DNA of 64,000 bases from Oikopleura dioica (taxonomy: Eukaryota; Animalia; Chordata). The notes under the pieces are model-generated. The model was given only the letters and a program-made list of their open reading frames with translations, did no database searches and was not told the DNA's origin. The stretch spans positions 11,718,001-11,782,000 of the forward strand of contig OU015569.1 in NCBI GenBank assembly GCA_907165135.1, in the 5' to 3' direction. How positions within the stretch are numbered: position 1 is the first letter of the stretch; every line of letters starts with the position of its first letter. A program made the position numbers and the translations under genes. Positions 1-12,500 of this stretch are shown here, in pieces.

Positions 1-3000
1 AGCTCGGGTGTTCTCCTTCGCCAAAAGGACATCTAAAGGAATGAAGACAATTTAGCGGCCATTCTGTTACTTGAAAAGGTGCTCCGCGTCGAGGCCCATC
101 TGAAGCAGTTTCGTAATGAATCGATGGTCGGAAAGAGCGCTCGCAAAAGTGGTCGGAAAGTCGCCAACTTTCAAGTTGACTTCGTGGATATCCGCGCCGT
201 GGAGGAGCAGCATGTCGAAAATGTCAAAATTGCTCGTTCCGACCGCCACGGTGATGCATTTCAAAGGATCTGAAAAGTCCAATGAACTTCTTTCTTTCTT
301 ATTTTTTCCTGCCTAGGTCGACTTTTGCGCCGTGCTGGAGCAACAACTCGACCGCATCGTCGTCGTTGTTGTAGACCGCAAAGTAGAGCGCTGTTTTTCG
401 CCCGTCCTTGTACATCAGTTGTTTGTCGTTGATGCAGTGGTTCGGGTCCCAGCCGTCTTCGAGCAGCAGTTCCATCGTGTAGTAGTTGTCGGCGCGGTCT
501 TCCAGGCAGGAAATGACTGGGCTCAGGCCCGATTCTTTGTAAATTCGACGCTTTCACAAGTTGGAAACGCCTTCGATTTTCTTGAAAACATAGAAGACTA
601 CGTTTAAAACCAATTTTCTACTGTGCGTTTTCCAACTTTGCTTGTTAGTAACTTTGGTGAGAAGAGCGACGATAGAAATGAAATCGCCCATCGCGGCAAG
701 ATGAATGGGAGCTCGATTTCGCTTGTCCAAAGCATTCGGATTCGCGCCATTTTCCAATAGAATCTCGCACATTTTCAAATCGCCTCGCCGCGCGGCCTCG
801 TGAAGAGGAGTCGCTGGATTCTGGGAGGAAGATTGAGCGATGCCTGCTTTTGCAGCTCGAAAATTGGCATTGATTAGGTGCTTACTAATGTTCTTATTCG
901 AGCAATTTTAGTATAAAACTTTATTTATTAGTTTTGTCTTGAAAATTAAAATTTCTAAATATTTATTCGCATTATTTTTAGAGCCCTTATTTTTAGCCAA
1001 GCCAGTGAGTCGCTTTCCGTCTTTTTTATCTTTTAGTACCTCGGTGAATCCAGCGCGGCCGTGTTCCACATTCGCGCCTCGCTGAAGCAAAAGCTCGGCA
1101 CATTCGGTCGAGCCAGAAATCACAGCGGTAAAGAGAGGCGTCACTCCGAAACAATCGGCCGTGTCCAAGTCGACTCCGGACATGAGAAGGTTCACCAAAA
1201 TGCGCGAAGTCTTTTTCGCCGCCGCTTCGTGCAGCGGAGTCCAGCCGCGAATGCAAGGTTGCACGGCGCTTGCTCCCGCCTGCATCAAGCAAATCACCGT
1301 TTCGAGGTTTTCTTTCTCCACGGCCAGAAAAAGTGGCGTTTCCTGCCGGTAATTCGCGTAGTTGAGCAAAGAAGCATCGTCGAATGGATTTTCTACCGCT
1401 TCCGAGTAGCGGAGGATTAGCTCGCAGCCCTCTTAGAAAATGTCAATAGAAAGTGATACCCTTATTTTATTTCATAGAACAAAAAATTGGGGCTTAAAAT
1501 ATATTTATTTTAAAATTATTTATTAAATTTTTTCATTAAAATTTAATTTTTAAGATTAATTTTTTTATTTAAATTATTTTATTATTTTTATTTATTATTT
1601 TATTTATTTTTTATAAGAAAATTAGGGGAGGTGTCTGGAACCGACAAAAAAATTTCGACAAAATTTGCGTGGAAATTTTCAACCAATCAGAAACCTGGAT
1701 TCGGCAAACCGGCCAATCAGCAGCCGAGTAGCCGCCCACGCAAAATTTGTCGAAATTTTTTGTCTGTTCCAGACGCCATCCCGAAAATTAGGAATCTACT
1801 ACTTTGGTCGAAAAACGCCGAATATTGATGGCTACCCCCTTAGCACGGGAAAACTCAGTATTGAAATTGTTCCAAATCTGCAACAAAAGTTTCAGAGTTC
1901 ATCGCTTATTATTTTCGATAGAAGAAAATTAAGAAAATTATTTGAAATTATGTTTGATAAAAGAACTTTTCACTTATTATTGCCGATAAACAAACAAATG
2001 GGCATTTAATTTCTAAGGTGCTTCTATTTGTCTTTATCGAAGCTCCTCATTCGTAAAAAAAAGCTTACACCTGAAGCTATACCTTTGAAGTTAAGGCTGG
2101 CGGCTTCGCAAAGTGGCGGGTAACCCGAATGATCGCGCAGATAAATCATCTGATAAAGGCGTCAATTTATCGGTCTAAAAGTAAAGCCTTACCTTGGGAA
2201 ACTTTGAAATAATCGTCGCTAGGCATTCGGTGTGTTCCTTTCTGATCGCGTCAAAGACAGGATACCGATCTGCCTTTCCATTCTTCAGGCAATTACGAAG
2301 CGTCTCCATCTGAAGATCAAAATTAGCTCCTCATTTCCGATTGCTTACTTCCTGATGCTCATCTACCGATTTCATCAAAAATAGAGAGGATGTTCCATCT
2401 TTTTTTTACGAGAATATCTACCGGATGATCATTAACGTCAATCACAAAAGTTGGAGGGGAATTTCAAATTTACGAGAGTTACTTACGATGCTGGGATCGC
2501 GACGGCGAATTCCATTTCGGACTTCACAACAAGTCCACTGCAGCGATTCTCGATCGAGTTTTTCTTTCGCTGCTCGGCGGTCTTTCTTTTTCAGCTTTCA
2601 ACAATAAATTTGGCATAACTTGGCTCGGTAACCTGTGTAATAAACCTGAGACAGGGCCGAAAAAGACTGCTTATAAACTTTAACTTACTTCCAAGAAGAA
2701 AAAAATCTCAGCACCCTAAGTCAGGACCCTGAGTTAGGACCCTGAGTCAAGACCCTGAGTTAGGACCCTGAGACAGGACCCTGAGTCAGGACCCTGAGAC
2801 AGGACCCTGAGTCAGCACCCTGAGTCAGGACCCTGAGTCAGGACCCTGAGACAGGACCCTGAGTCAGAACCCTGAGTCAGGACCCTGAGTCAGGTTTTCT
2901 ATACCGCTGGGATCGACAAATTGCAAAGAAAACCTGAGTCAGGGTCCTGAGTCAGCTTTCATTAAAGCCGAAAAATTCTTTTAGGACCCTGACTCAGGTT

Positions 3001-3550
3001 TTCTACACAGATTGGCAAGCCGAGCACAATCATTTTTGATAAATATGAAGCCGTCCCAGAAGCTGCGAGCTGAAAAATGTATGAACAACTGGCTGATCGA
3101 CATTTTCATATTCTGCTTCGATTCTAGCGTTGTTTTCCGCCAATCGTCGGTTGTGGTAATTTACTTCTGCGTCCGAAATGCCCGCTGAAGCCTGCGCCAT
3201 TTGCCGTTCGATTTCCGTCACTCTCGGATTTCCAGAATTTTGTCGATTGTTGAGACTTTCGCTGATCGCGCCCTGAATTTTCAAATTCAATATCTGAAAA
3301 TCATCAATTTCCAAATCAAAAAGTTGGTACTTGAATCTCTTGCTCGTCTCTTGAAATTCCAGCCTGGAGAGCGATATTCGTCGATTGCTGGTCATTTCCA
3401 AATTCAAGATTTGTGTTTTCGCTTCTTTCATTTTTAAGTTTTAGAAATTGAACTTTTTTATTTCGCTAATTTAAAATTAAATTTCCTGTAATTTTCGCGC
3501 AGCGAGTTGAGAATCGCCTGACTGAGATCGTCATCGTCGAAATCGTTCAT
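1..3550 (-). CDS. Ankyrin repeat and SOCS box (ASB2/14/15-like) protein, multi-exon, 3' end runs off the window
   Basis: Ankyrin exons (ETPLFLAVEK, RGWTPLHEAAA, FGVTPLFTAVISG, RAPIHLAAM). The distal exon (DPLKCITVAVG...LLQMGLDAEHLFKC) resembles ASB2-type C-terminal repeats. The putative first exon MNDFDDDDLSQAILNSL is UIM-like. GC-AG intron at 270-312. The SOCS box is not visible in the window. Confidence 0.8.
1625..1782. mobile_element. Palindromic MITE with GG-starting TIR and 8-bp TSD (Merlin-like ends)
   Basis: TIR GGGGAGGTGTCTGGAACCGAC / GTCTGTTCCAGACGCCATCCC, flanked by GAAAATTA at 1617-1624 and 1783-1790. An inverted second copy lies at about 20787-20942. Confidence 0.75.
2708..2894. 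repeat. 13-bp tandem array (TCAGGACCCTGAG)n, about 14 units, derived from the MITE arm
   Basis: Read directly. The unit overlaps the CCTGAGTCAGG core of the CTGGGCTCGG MITE family; MITE arms flank it at about 2620-2660 and 2927-3020. Confidence 0.9.
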
Positions 3551-3829
3551 TTTCTCTCAAGACGAAAAGCGCATTTGTCATCTCGCAGGGAAAGGGCTTA
3601 TCGGCCCCCTGTGAGAGAGAAAGCTCTAGAATCGTTATGCCAAATTTTTAACTCAGACTAATCAATTGATAAGTGCCATTCAGTGCCTTTAGAGTTCATC
3701 TTTCGAAAAATTATTTAAAAGCTAAAGCTTGATTTGAGCTGATGATGACAACTGAAAGAAAACTTGAAGTGACGAATTAGATCTGTAAAAGGAAAAATCG
3801 ATCTCAAATGAATTTTTATAGTTAATCGG

Positions 3830-4115
3830 AAGTATACAATTAGGATTGGTAAAGGACCTATTCTTCTATAATCTGGCTAGAATTGGTATGAATCATGCCG
3901 TATGATACCCCTAACTTAGGCTAAGTCCCCTAACTCTAAAGCCTAACCCAGGGGCTACTCCCCGAGCCCCCTCCCCTCAGGCCTAACCCAGGAGCTTCGC
4001 CCCCGGAACCCCCAGTAGATACTCCAAGCCCCCTAACCGAGAAAAGGTTTCATACCAATTCTAGCTATATTATAGAAGAATTGGTCTTCTACCTTATTTG
4101 ATATTCTAATTGTAT
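3830..4115. mobile_element. Foldback element with about 65-bp imperfect arms and a CCCTAA-rich core
   Basis: ...GACCTATTCTTCTATAATCTGGCTAGAATTGGTATGAA is inverted to TTCATACCAATTCTAGCTATATTATAGAAGAATTGGTC... Confidence 0.6.
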
Positions 4116-4620
4116 TCTTCAAACGGACCTCCAAGGCTTCGAGTCGAAGCGCTCAAAAGCAAACTAAAAGATGTTTGTAGCTTGTCAAATGCACACCGTG
4201 CCATTTCTATCTACAATAACAAAGCACTTCTTGTTTCATTGAAAGCTTATTTCTGGCGGCTATCTTAGTTTAATTGACAGCATGCTCTTTTTTGATCCAT
4301 CAATTGAAAAAATGATAACAGTAAATGAAAACGCTACCAAATCTCCCTTCCCCGAGGTAGAACGCTTTGTTCTTGTTCTCGCTAGTTTGGACCAGATTTT
4401 TCTTTAGAATCTTTGAAAATGAAAGCCTTCTTTATCAAAAGTACTTAGAGAAGCGATAACTGATAATTTGCTTGATAATTTTGCCCACATTCATTTTTCC
4501 TAGCTTTGCGCAGCGCCATCGAAGGGAGATAGTCAGAATTTCCCTGTATCTAGTACAACTATAAAAGGAAAAAACAATCGCCAACAGAGCCAAACAGAAA
4601 ACACAAGCCAAAAGAAGAAC

Positions 4621-4803
4621 ATGCAAAAACTGATCTTCTTTAGCTTCGCCCTCTTCCTCTTTTCCTCGCTGATAACAGTAGCGAGCGCGCAGCCAAACGG
4701 AAGCTACAGTATCGAACGCTGCCTGCAGACGCCTTCCTGCATTCGCCTTTTGCAGCGGCGCAGAAATTTGAAACGCCGAAGTTGGGGAAATATTTTCTGG
4801 TAA
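4621..4803 (+). CDS. 60-aa secreted peptide precursor candidate
   Basis: Hydrophobic signal peptide MQKLIFFSFALFLFSSLITVASA, then Q, a CLQTPSC pair, RRR and KRR basic sites, C-terminal SWGNIFW, and AATAAA just downstream. Confidence 0.6.
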   Translation: MQKLIFFSFALFLFSSLITVASAQPNGSYSIERCLQTPSCIRLLQRRRNLKRRSWGNIFW

Positions 4804-5140
4804 ACCCTGCTTTTCCGACTAAAATAATGATAAATAAATAACACAAAAAAACTGACTTGATTCCTTTTTACGAAATTCTATTAAAATTTTTGAACAAACA
4901 ATTGTTCAATGTTCGTCGAGACGGCAGATTAAAAACGTTTTCAAGTGGCACTTATCATCATCAACCCTTTATTGCGCATTTTACTTATCAGCAACTCCAT
5001 GGTCAGCCCCTGGACTAATCCCAATCGATGGCGTAAAAATCTTTCGTGTCCGTTCTATTCAAAAAATCGTCTAATTGACATGAAACTTACTTTGAAGCTA
5101 GCAAATCTAGCAAAAGAAATTTCATTAGAAAAATCCTGAT

Positions 5141-5470
5141 CTGGGCTTGGCAACCTGTTCAGAAACGGAAGCTAGGCCCTGAATAACCAAAAATGAATAG
5201 CCGCGTAGCGGCTTTTAAAACGTAGCCGCGAAGCGGCTTGCCAAGAATTTTAATACGATTAAAATGGGTATACTAGCGAGCCGCTTTGCGGCTTCGTTTC
5301 AAAAAGCCGCTACGCGGCTTTTAATTTTAGATTTTTCAGAGCCTGACTCAGTTTTTTTTACTCAGGTTGCTGAGCCTGGCTGTTTAGAAAACCTGAGTCA
5401 GGGTCTGAAAAAGCTTTGATACTAATTGAAAATATCAGGCCCTGACTCAGGTTTTCTTCAACTTTAAACT
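5141..5470. mobile_element. CTGGGCTCGG-family MITE abutting or nested in a second copy
   Basis: CTGGGCTTGGCAACCTG ... CAGGTTGCTGAGCCTGG with an AAAAGCCGCGTAGCGGC palindromic core, followed directly by a second arm pair (AACCTGAGTCAGGG ... CCCTGACTCAGGTT). Confidence 0.75.
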
Positions 5471-5871
5471 GGCCCGTAGTATTCATATTCATTTTATTGG
5501 AGATTGGAGATCTAAGAAGGAAATGAAGAAGCGATCAAGTTTTCGAGTAAACACCATTTTTAGTAAAAATTTTTACGCAAAAAATGATAAACGGGTTCGC
5601 CTTCCGTATTTTCTCCCTTCCCGTTGCTCGGCGAAATGATAAGCTTGAGTAACGAACATTAGTTTATGTTATTTTGCGATTCTCGAAGAAGAATATTCTC
5701 GGCTTGAACTTCCATTTTTCAATTGACTCTTCAAAGTTAATTGTAAGACAAAGTCCAAATTCATTAAATAATAACCAACTTTCAATAAATCGTAAAAACG
5801 CAATTGTCTTCAAATATCACGAAGTTTTCCACTCCTCGAAGAATATTAGATTCTGAGCGACAGAGAGAAAA

Positions 5872-8800
5872 ATGAAGTTGTCAAGTGCTCTTTTGGCAGT
5901 TTCTGCTTACAGCAGGTACTTTTTCATCCAAAAAAGAGGTTTTTTTTCTAGCACGTTTTTTTCAGCCCAACTCAGTTGAATGCTGATAAGGCGACAGAAG
6001 TAGACACGAAAGATGCTGGCTGGATCAGCTGCTACTACACCAACTGGTCCCAGTACCGGCCAGACTATGGCACGTACTTTCCGGAAGACATGGACGCCTC
6101 TCTCTGCACCCATCTGATCTACGCTTTTGCCGAAATGCACAATACAGGTAAACATACAGCTCCTTTTTTCACGGCCAAAGAATGTTTGGCAAAGGTGTTC
6201 CAAAATGATTCTGATCAGCTGATAGCAGGTGGAGAGGTAGATTATTATCAGTTTCTGGGAGTATTAGAGCATGACCTTGGGTATAAAAATTGACGGAAAG
6301 GAGTCAAGAATCAGAATTTTAAAATGAAACAAAACCTAGCCAAAGTTCTCCGATCCCGACAGGAATCATTTTTTCTATAAATAAATATTTCTTTAAAATG
6401 ATACATTATTAATTGATCTACGTACTAAGTATTCCAGACGTCAATAAAAATGATTGAAATTTATGCACCTTTATTATCTTAGTATCAGTCTTATCTTAGT
6501 ATCTTTAATTGAGCGGCCCATTTTTCCTGTGTAATTTAGCGCTGTCTTTGAAAACCTTACGTCTTAATTGGCGCTCCCTAAATTGCAACAAAAACAGCTC
6601 TTTCGTACGTTTATCTGAAGAGCCATTTATTAAGGCAGCGAATGGACGATCAAGGAGTACGAATGGAACGACGAGGCAATGTACGCCAGATTCATGGCGA
6701 ACAAAAAGGGCGCAAAGACGCTCCTCGCCGTCGGCGGCTGGAATCACGGAAGCACTCGATTCACCCAAATGCTCGACTCTGGCGAAAGTGGAATTCGAAA
6801 ATGGGCCCAAAACTCCATCGCCTTCTGCAAGCGACACGGCTTCGACGGCTTCGATGTCGATTGGGAGTACCCAGCGATGACGACTGTCGACGTTTCGCCT
6901 CAAGAAGACTATTACCGGTACCAGCGAATGATCGAAATTCTCAGGGAAGAAGTCGACAAGCACCCAGGTTTGAAAACTGGGCTCGGCAACCTGAATAGAA
7001 AACCTGAGTCAGGGTCCGCAAGAGCAAAAATGAAAAGCCGCGTAGCGGCTTTTAGAAACGAAGCCGCGAAGCGGCTTCGCAAGATTATTATTCCATCTTA
7101 TATTTAAATTCTAGCGAAGCCGCCTTGCGGCTTCGTTTCTAAAAAGCCGCTACGCGGCTTTTCATTTTTGCTCTTGCAGACCCTGACTCAGGTTTTCTAC
7201 TCAGGTTGCCGAGCCCAGTTCGAAAATAATCATGAAAAATAGCGACTTTACCTCTAAATTAGGCTTCTTGCTGACTGTTGCCGTCGGCATCCCAGAAAAA
7301 ATGATCTACCGAATCGACGGAAAGAACCCGGCGTACGACGTCGTCCATTTGACGCAACACGTGGACATGGTCAATTTGATGGCGTACGACGTGCACGGTC
7401 ATTGGGAGGACAAGACTGGACACCAAATGCCGGCCCACATCAAAAGAGCCGACGACCGACTGGGCTACACCGACAGCGTCGAGTGGATTTTGGAAAACTG
7501 GATCGTCCAAGGCGCGAATCCCCAGAAGTTGAGCTTGGGACTCGCCTCCTACGGTCGTGGCTTCACCCTGGAATCCTCCGCCAATCACGGGTACATGGCT
7601 CCCGCCAAGCTCGACACCAACACCGGACTCTACTCTGGCGCGCCGGGCAAGTACACTCGCGAGCCGGGCTTCTTGTCTTACTACGAAATCTGCGAGAAGA
7701 TCAACGAAGGCTGGAAGACGGTCTGGGACGAGGAGATCTCAGCCACTTACGCTCACGGCGGCGACCAATGGATCGGCTTTGACAACGAAGAAAGCATCCG
7801 ATACAAGGTAAGAACCTTGTCTAGCTCAGTTCGTAAACCTGAGTCAGGGTTTTAAAGGAGCTTTAAGGACCCCCGTCAGCTTTTTCGAAAAATCGAATTT
7901 CGGAATTTTTAAATTTTGACCCCGGAAATGGATTCTTCGGGTCAAAAAACGATTTTGAGGCTTCATTTTTGGGGGTCTTTCTCGACTCCTTCACCCCCAA
8001 AATCGCATTTGAAAATTGGACTTTTCGCCGAAAATTGACGAATTTGCCCTAATTTTGGCAAAAATATCGAATTTTCTTGGTCAAATATTCCTCTTATCAG
8101 GTTTTTGAAGCAAGGTTAACCTGAGGACGCATTAACAACCAAAAATATGGCGTTTTTCAAAATTTCCATTTCTTGGAGAAAAGGCTGACGGGGGTCCTTA
8201 ATAAGTGAAGCCCTTATTTGATTCCACCAAAAGATAGTTCAATCCTTTATCTATTTTGTTCCTAAGACGGGAATATTAAATTTGGGTAATTTTTAACACA
8301 AAAATTTTCCATCAAAATTGGTTTTCTTTGAAAATTTTCAGCTGGCAGATTTGAGCGCAACTGAAAAATCCAAAAATATTGGAAATTGAAATTTGTGGTT
8401 CAAGAAACTTGCGCTTTTGAAAAAAGATAAGGGTGTCACTCAATTAAATCGATGAGAGAAAAGGAAAAAATAAGTAAATTTTCCAGGTGAAATTGGCGAA
8501 ACACTACCGCCTCGGTGGAATTATGTGGTGGACACTTGACGACGACGACTTCAAAGGTAACATTCAGGTCAACACTTGGTATTTTCTCCGCGAAACGAAT
8601 TTTGAAAATCGCGATTAGGAAACTACTGCGGATCTCGATATCCTCTTCTTTCCGCTGGTTACGACGAGTGGTTCCACGGCGGAGCAGCGCCAACCGGCGG
8701 CCCGACCACACCTAATTCATCAACCACGAGGTCGACAACTACAACTAAGCAAACAACGACCTCGAACGGTGTCACGCCCGATTGCGGTAACTCGCCTGAC

Positions 8801-9038
8801 GGTTACTACAACCACCCGCAGTACTGCGACCACTACTTCCAGGAACGGTTTTAGAGGGCGACTTTTTTGTAATCAATTTGGTAATTTCGAGGCAAAAACC
8901 TAAAATCAGTGCTCCAACGGAATCCTGTACGACTTCACCTGTCCTCCAGGAACTTACTGGGAGCCGAACTCGCGAATTTGCGAGCATTCTTTGTCGGTTG
9001 ACTGCTGTGACGGACAACGACCCTGCAACGGATTCTGA
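5872..9038 (+). CDS. GH18 chitinase with Thr-rich linker and C-terminal CBM14 (ChtBD2) domain
   Basis: Signal peptide, CYYTNWSQYR, intact catalytic FDGFDVDWEYP, MAYDVHG, LGLASYGRGF, YYEIC, GGIMWWTLDDDDF, then a six-Cys chitin-binding domain CGNSPDG...CDHYFQ|CSNG...CPPGTYW...C...C. Exons join in frame. Confidence 0.93.
6977..7218. mobile_element. CTGGGCTCGG-family MITE in a chitinase intron
   Basis: Ends CTGGGCTCGGCAACC / GGTTGCCGAGCCCAG with TSD TTTGAAAA / TTCGAAAA. Removing it leaves a 45-nt GT-AG intron. Confidence 0.92.
7867..8197. mobile_element. MITE with TTAA target duplication (Kolobok-like GG...CC ends)
   Basis: TTAA|GGACCCCCGTCAGC ... GCTGACGGGGGTCC|TTAA, 331 bp. A related inverted copy lies at 32954-33283. 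Confidence 0.85.
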
Positions 9039-9589
9039 GTTTATCTGCTCCGCTTTGAGAATAAAATTTAAAGAGATTAAGGACTTGACTAATAAGCTCA
9101 CACGTTTTAGCGGCCTAGCCGTTCACCGGAAGTAAGCTCGATCATCCGACAAAAATGTCGATAAAGCAGAAAGAGTGTTCTTCAAGGATCTGATTTTTGA
9201 TATTGACACCCTTATTTTGCCTTATCAAAATACAGTTTAAACATTTCTCCAGCCCCCTATTGAAGTTAGAAAATATAAATTTAAGGGGTGACCCCTTATT
9301 TAAAAATTTAGACTTCGATAGGAAGTTGACAAAGGTTCAAACTACATTTTGCTAGTAGGAGCAAATAAGGGTGTCAATGAGAAAGTAGTGCTCGAAAATT
9401 CAAGTCTCGGTTATAACTAATAGTGTCTACGTTCACCAAAACGGGTTAAAAAGTGCTAGAAAAGACGTAATCGAGCGTGGGAGAGCGAAACGAAACTCAA
9501 AGATAAGAAAAGACTTGAACTGCGTTTTCGTCGAGTCATCTCTTTTAATTTCGTCTTGGAAGCAAGTTTTATTGAAGATTTTTGAAATT

Positions 9590-12500
9590 TCAAAGCTCGT
9601 CGTGGTGGATGCGCCCGTGGTCGGTGAAACCGGAGGCGATGAAGGTGTCGTACGCGCGGAGAAATTCGTTCTTTGAGATTACCTTGTCCTGGGCTCAGCA
9701 ACCTGTGTTGAAAACCTGAGTCAGGGCCTGGAAGATCTTTCAGACCCTGACTCAGGTTTTGAACACAGGCTGCTGAGCCCATCCCTCGTCGTCGTTCAAA
9801 TCGGCAGTGTTGATTAAATGGCGGATTTCCCCGTCGAACCAGCTGATTCCTGGCGGATCTACCAGCTCATCTAGCTCGCTTCCTTGTTTTTTATAAATGT
9901 TTACGATTGACACTAAGGCTGGCAAGTGTACCTTCTAAAAGTCCGTTTTTCGTCTTGTCGTGGAAAGAGAACGTTCTTCGCTCCAGCTCAACACGTGGCG
10001 CCTCATCCTCCGAAATTTCCTTTCGCAGGTCGATGTCGTATTGCATCAAATATTCCTCTTTGAAAAGGGGTGTGGCATTGAGAAAGATAGCGCCGTTTGA
10101 TTGTCATAATAGCTTGTCAGTGATAGCTTCTGTATTAGAAGTAATCACGAATAAATCGACAAATGCATAGTTTTTTTATCTTTCCGAAAGTTTCTAATTT
10201 TTATCAAAAAATTAAGAAAAAGAGAAAAATTTATATTATTTTTCTCAGAGATTTAATTTCAAAGTGACACCCTTAATTTTAACCAATGAAATCTTTGCCC
10301 AGTTCCACCCTATAAACCTTAGAACACCATACCTTTTTGGAATCAGAGGAAAATTTTTAGAAGATTGATCATTTTTAATTTTGAAAAAATCCCTTCCGGT
10401 GCGATTCTAGAGCCTGAAATTTAAAATTCATCAGCACCTTTCTAAAATGCCTTCCGACAGTGACATATTACATTAAATTCGAGCTTGTGTCATTACAGAG
10501 CCTTTTTTAAATTTGGGGCTCTAGAATCGCACCGGAAAAGATTTTTCCAAGATTAAAAAGGATCAATCTTCTTGAAATTTTCCACCGATTCCAAAAGGTA
10601 TGGTTTTCTAGGGCTTATAAGGTGGAACTGGGCTGATATTTCATTGGTTAGAATTAAGGGTATCACTTTGATAATTTTTATAAGATAATTTTTTTCAATT
10701 TTAAAAAAATTTTTAAATAAATAATATATTTAGAAAATTAAAAAAATTATCTTATGAAAATTATCAAAGTGACACCCTTAATCTTAGCTATTAGCTGATT
10801 ATCATCGCCAATACCACACTCTTCAAAACAAAAAAATGAACTTACCAAAGTTGATCATTCCGTCGTGGTTGGAATCCAAGTCTGCGATAAACTCCTTGAC
10901 AAATAGATACTTTGTTCGTTCGTAATTTCGCGGGAAAAGGAAAGCTCCAAATTCAAGCTCTTTTTAGAAGGGAAAATCAACTTGAAAAAAGACGCGTAAT
11001 GAGAGTGTTCTAAATCGAATTCGAGGAGTCGCCACGATTTCGAGATTTCGGCGCTTTCGACTTTGAAGCTATGAAATAACGTTGGCTGCAAATTGGTGGC
11101 CACTCGCGCCTCAAGATCAATATTTTAGCAAGGAGAAGGTGTTGCTCCCTCGTTCCTGAAAGTTGAAGATCCTTGTCTTCGTCGGCCGCGCGGAAGATTT
11201 CCACATTGACCAAGTAGAGCGATTCATGCTCCACTTCGTTTTCGTTTATTCCCAAGGTTTGAAGCAGTTCGTTTTCATCCACGAGTCTTTTTGTAGGTAA
11301 AAAGAAGTTCAATGATAATATTGAGATATAATGCCTACAGATGTCTTAAAATGTCTGTAGATGTCTGTAGATGTCTTTAGATGTCTGAAATGTCTATAGA
11401 TGTCTACAAATGTCTAGAGATGTCTTAAGATGTCTAAAAATAACTAAAAATGTCTATAAATGTCTACAGATGTCTAAAGATGTCTACAAATGTCGATGAA
11501 TGTCAACTGTATTTTTATTTCCTTTGAACAAGGCATTTATTGGATTTAGAAAAAGAGCTCATTTCGCACTTTTTGGCCCAAAAAGGTGTAATTTTCAAAA
11601 ATTATAATTTTGGTCAATTTAAGTAAGGGAAAAGGCTTCTTTTTCGGAGATTAAAGTTTAAGGATCTCCATTAAAATTGCCACGTGAAGAATTCTTCTCA
11701 CGAATTGACAATTAACTGTTAACTCGTTTTTACCAGTTGCCCATTCCCGTTGATGTCAAATTTCGGAAACTAAAAGAGGTGATTTTGAAAAATAAATTGA
11801 CGAAATTTTGGCTTTTACGGATATTTTAACATCGCGTTTGACAATATGGTCCTCGAGTTTGTGCATCCACTGGTGGATTTCCTCGTATTCGATCGTCTGG
11901 TTCTGGTTGCTGTCGACTTTGGCGAAGATCTTGGCCAGTGACTCGTGCTGTTCTTTCGCCGTCATGTGCAAGAGCTACCTTTTGGGACGAGAAGAAAGAA
12001 TGCAAAATTTAAACAAAAAAGTTGTGAGCTGTGGGAAAAGGGAGTTAACGCACGTGAGGCCTAAATAAAGCACAACAAGCTAATCCAAAACAGGAAGGCT
12101 AAATCTGAGGTGCAAACTTTCAGAGCTTAAAAACGACTCCTACTCAACAAAAACTAAACTCTGTTTTGCGAAAATAAATTCCTCTTTAAGGAGACACCCC
12201 TAGCTTTTGTAATAGAGTAAAATTATATTGAGATATAATGTCTACAGATGTCTTAAAATGTCTGCAGATGTCTGTAGATGTCTTTAGATGTCTGAAATGT
12301 CTATAAATGTCTATAGAATGTCTATAGATGTCAACAGATGTCTAGAGATGTCTAAAGATGTCTACAATGTCTATAGATGTCTATGAATGTCTGTAGATGT
12401 CTAAAAATGTCTTAAAATGTCTGAAGATGTCTAAAGATGTCAACAAATAACCATGTTTGTCTACTCGACAAAAAAACTAAACTCTGTTTTGCGAAAATAA

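Noticed and set aside
7259-7811. Overlapping alternative-frame and antisense ORFs in the chitinase exon
   Set aside because: Expected by-products of GC-rich codon usage.
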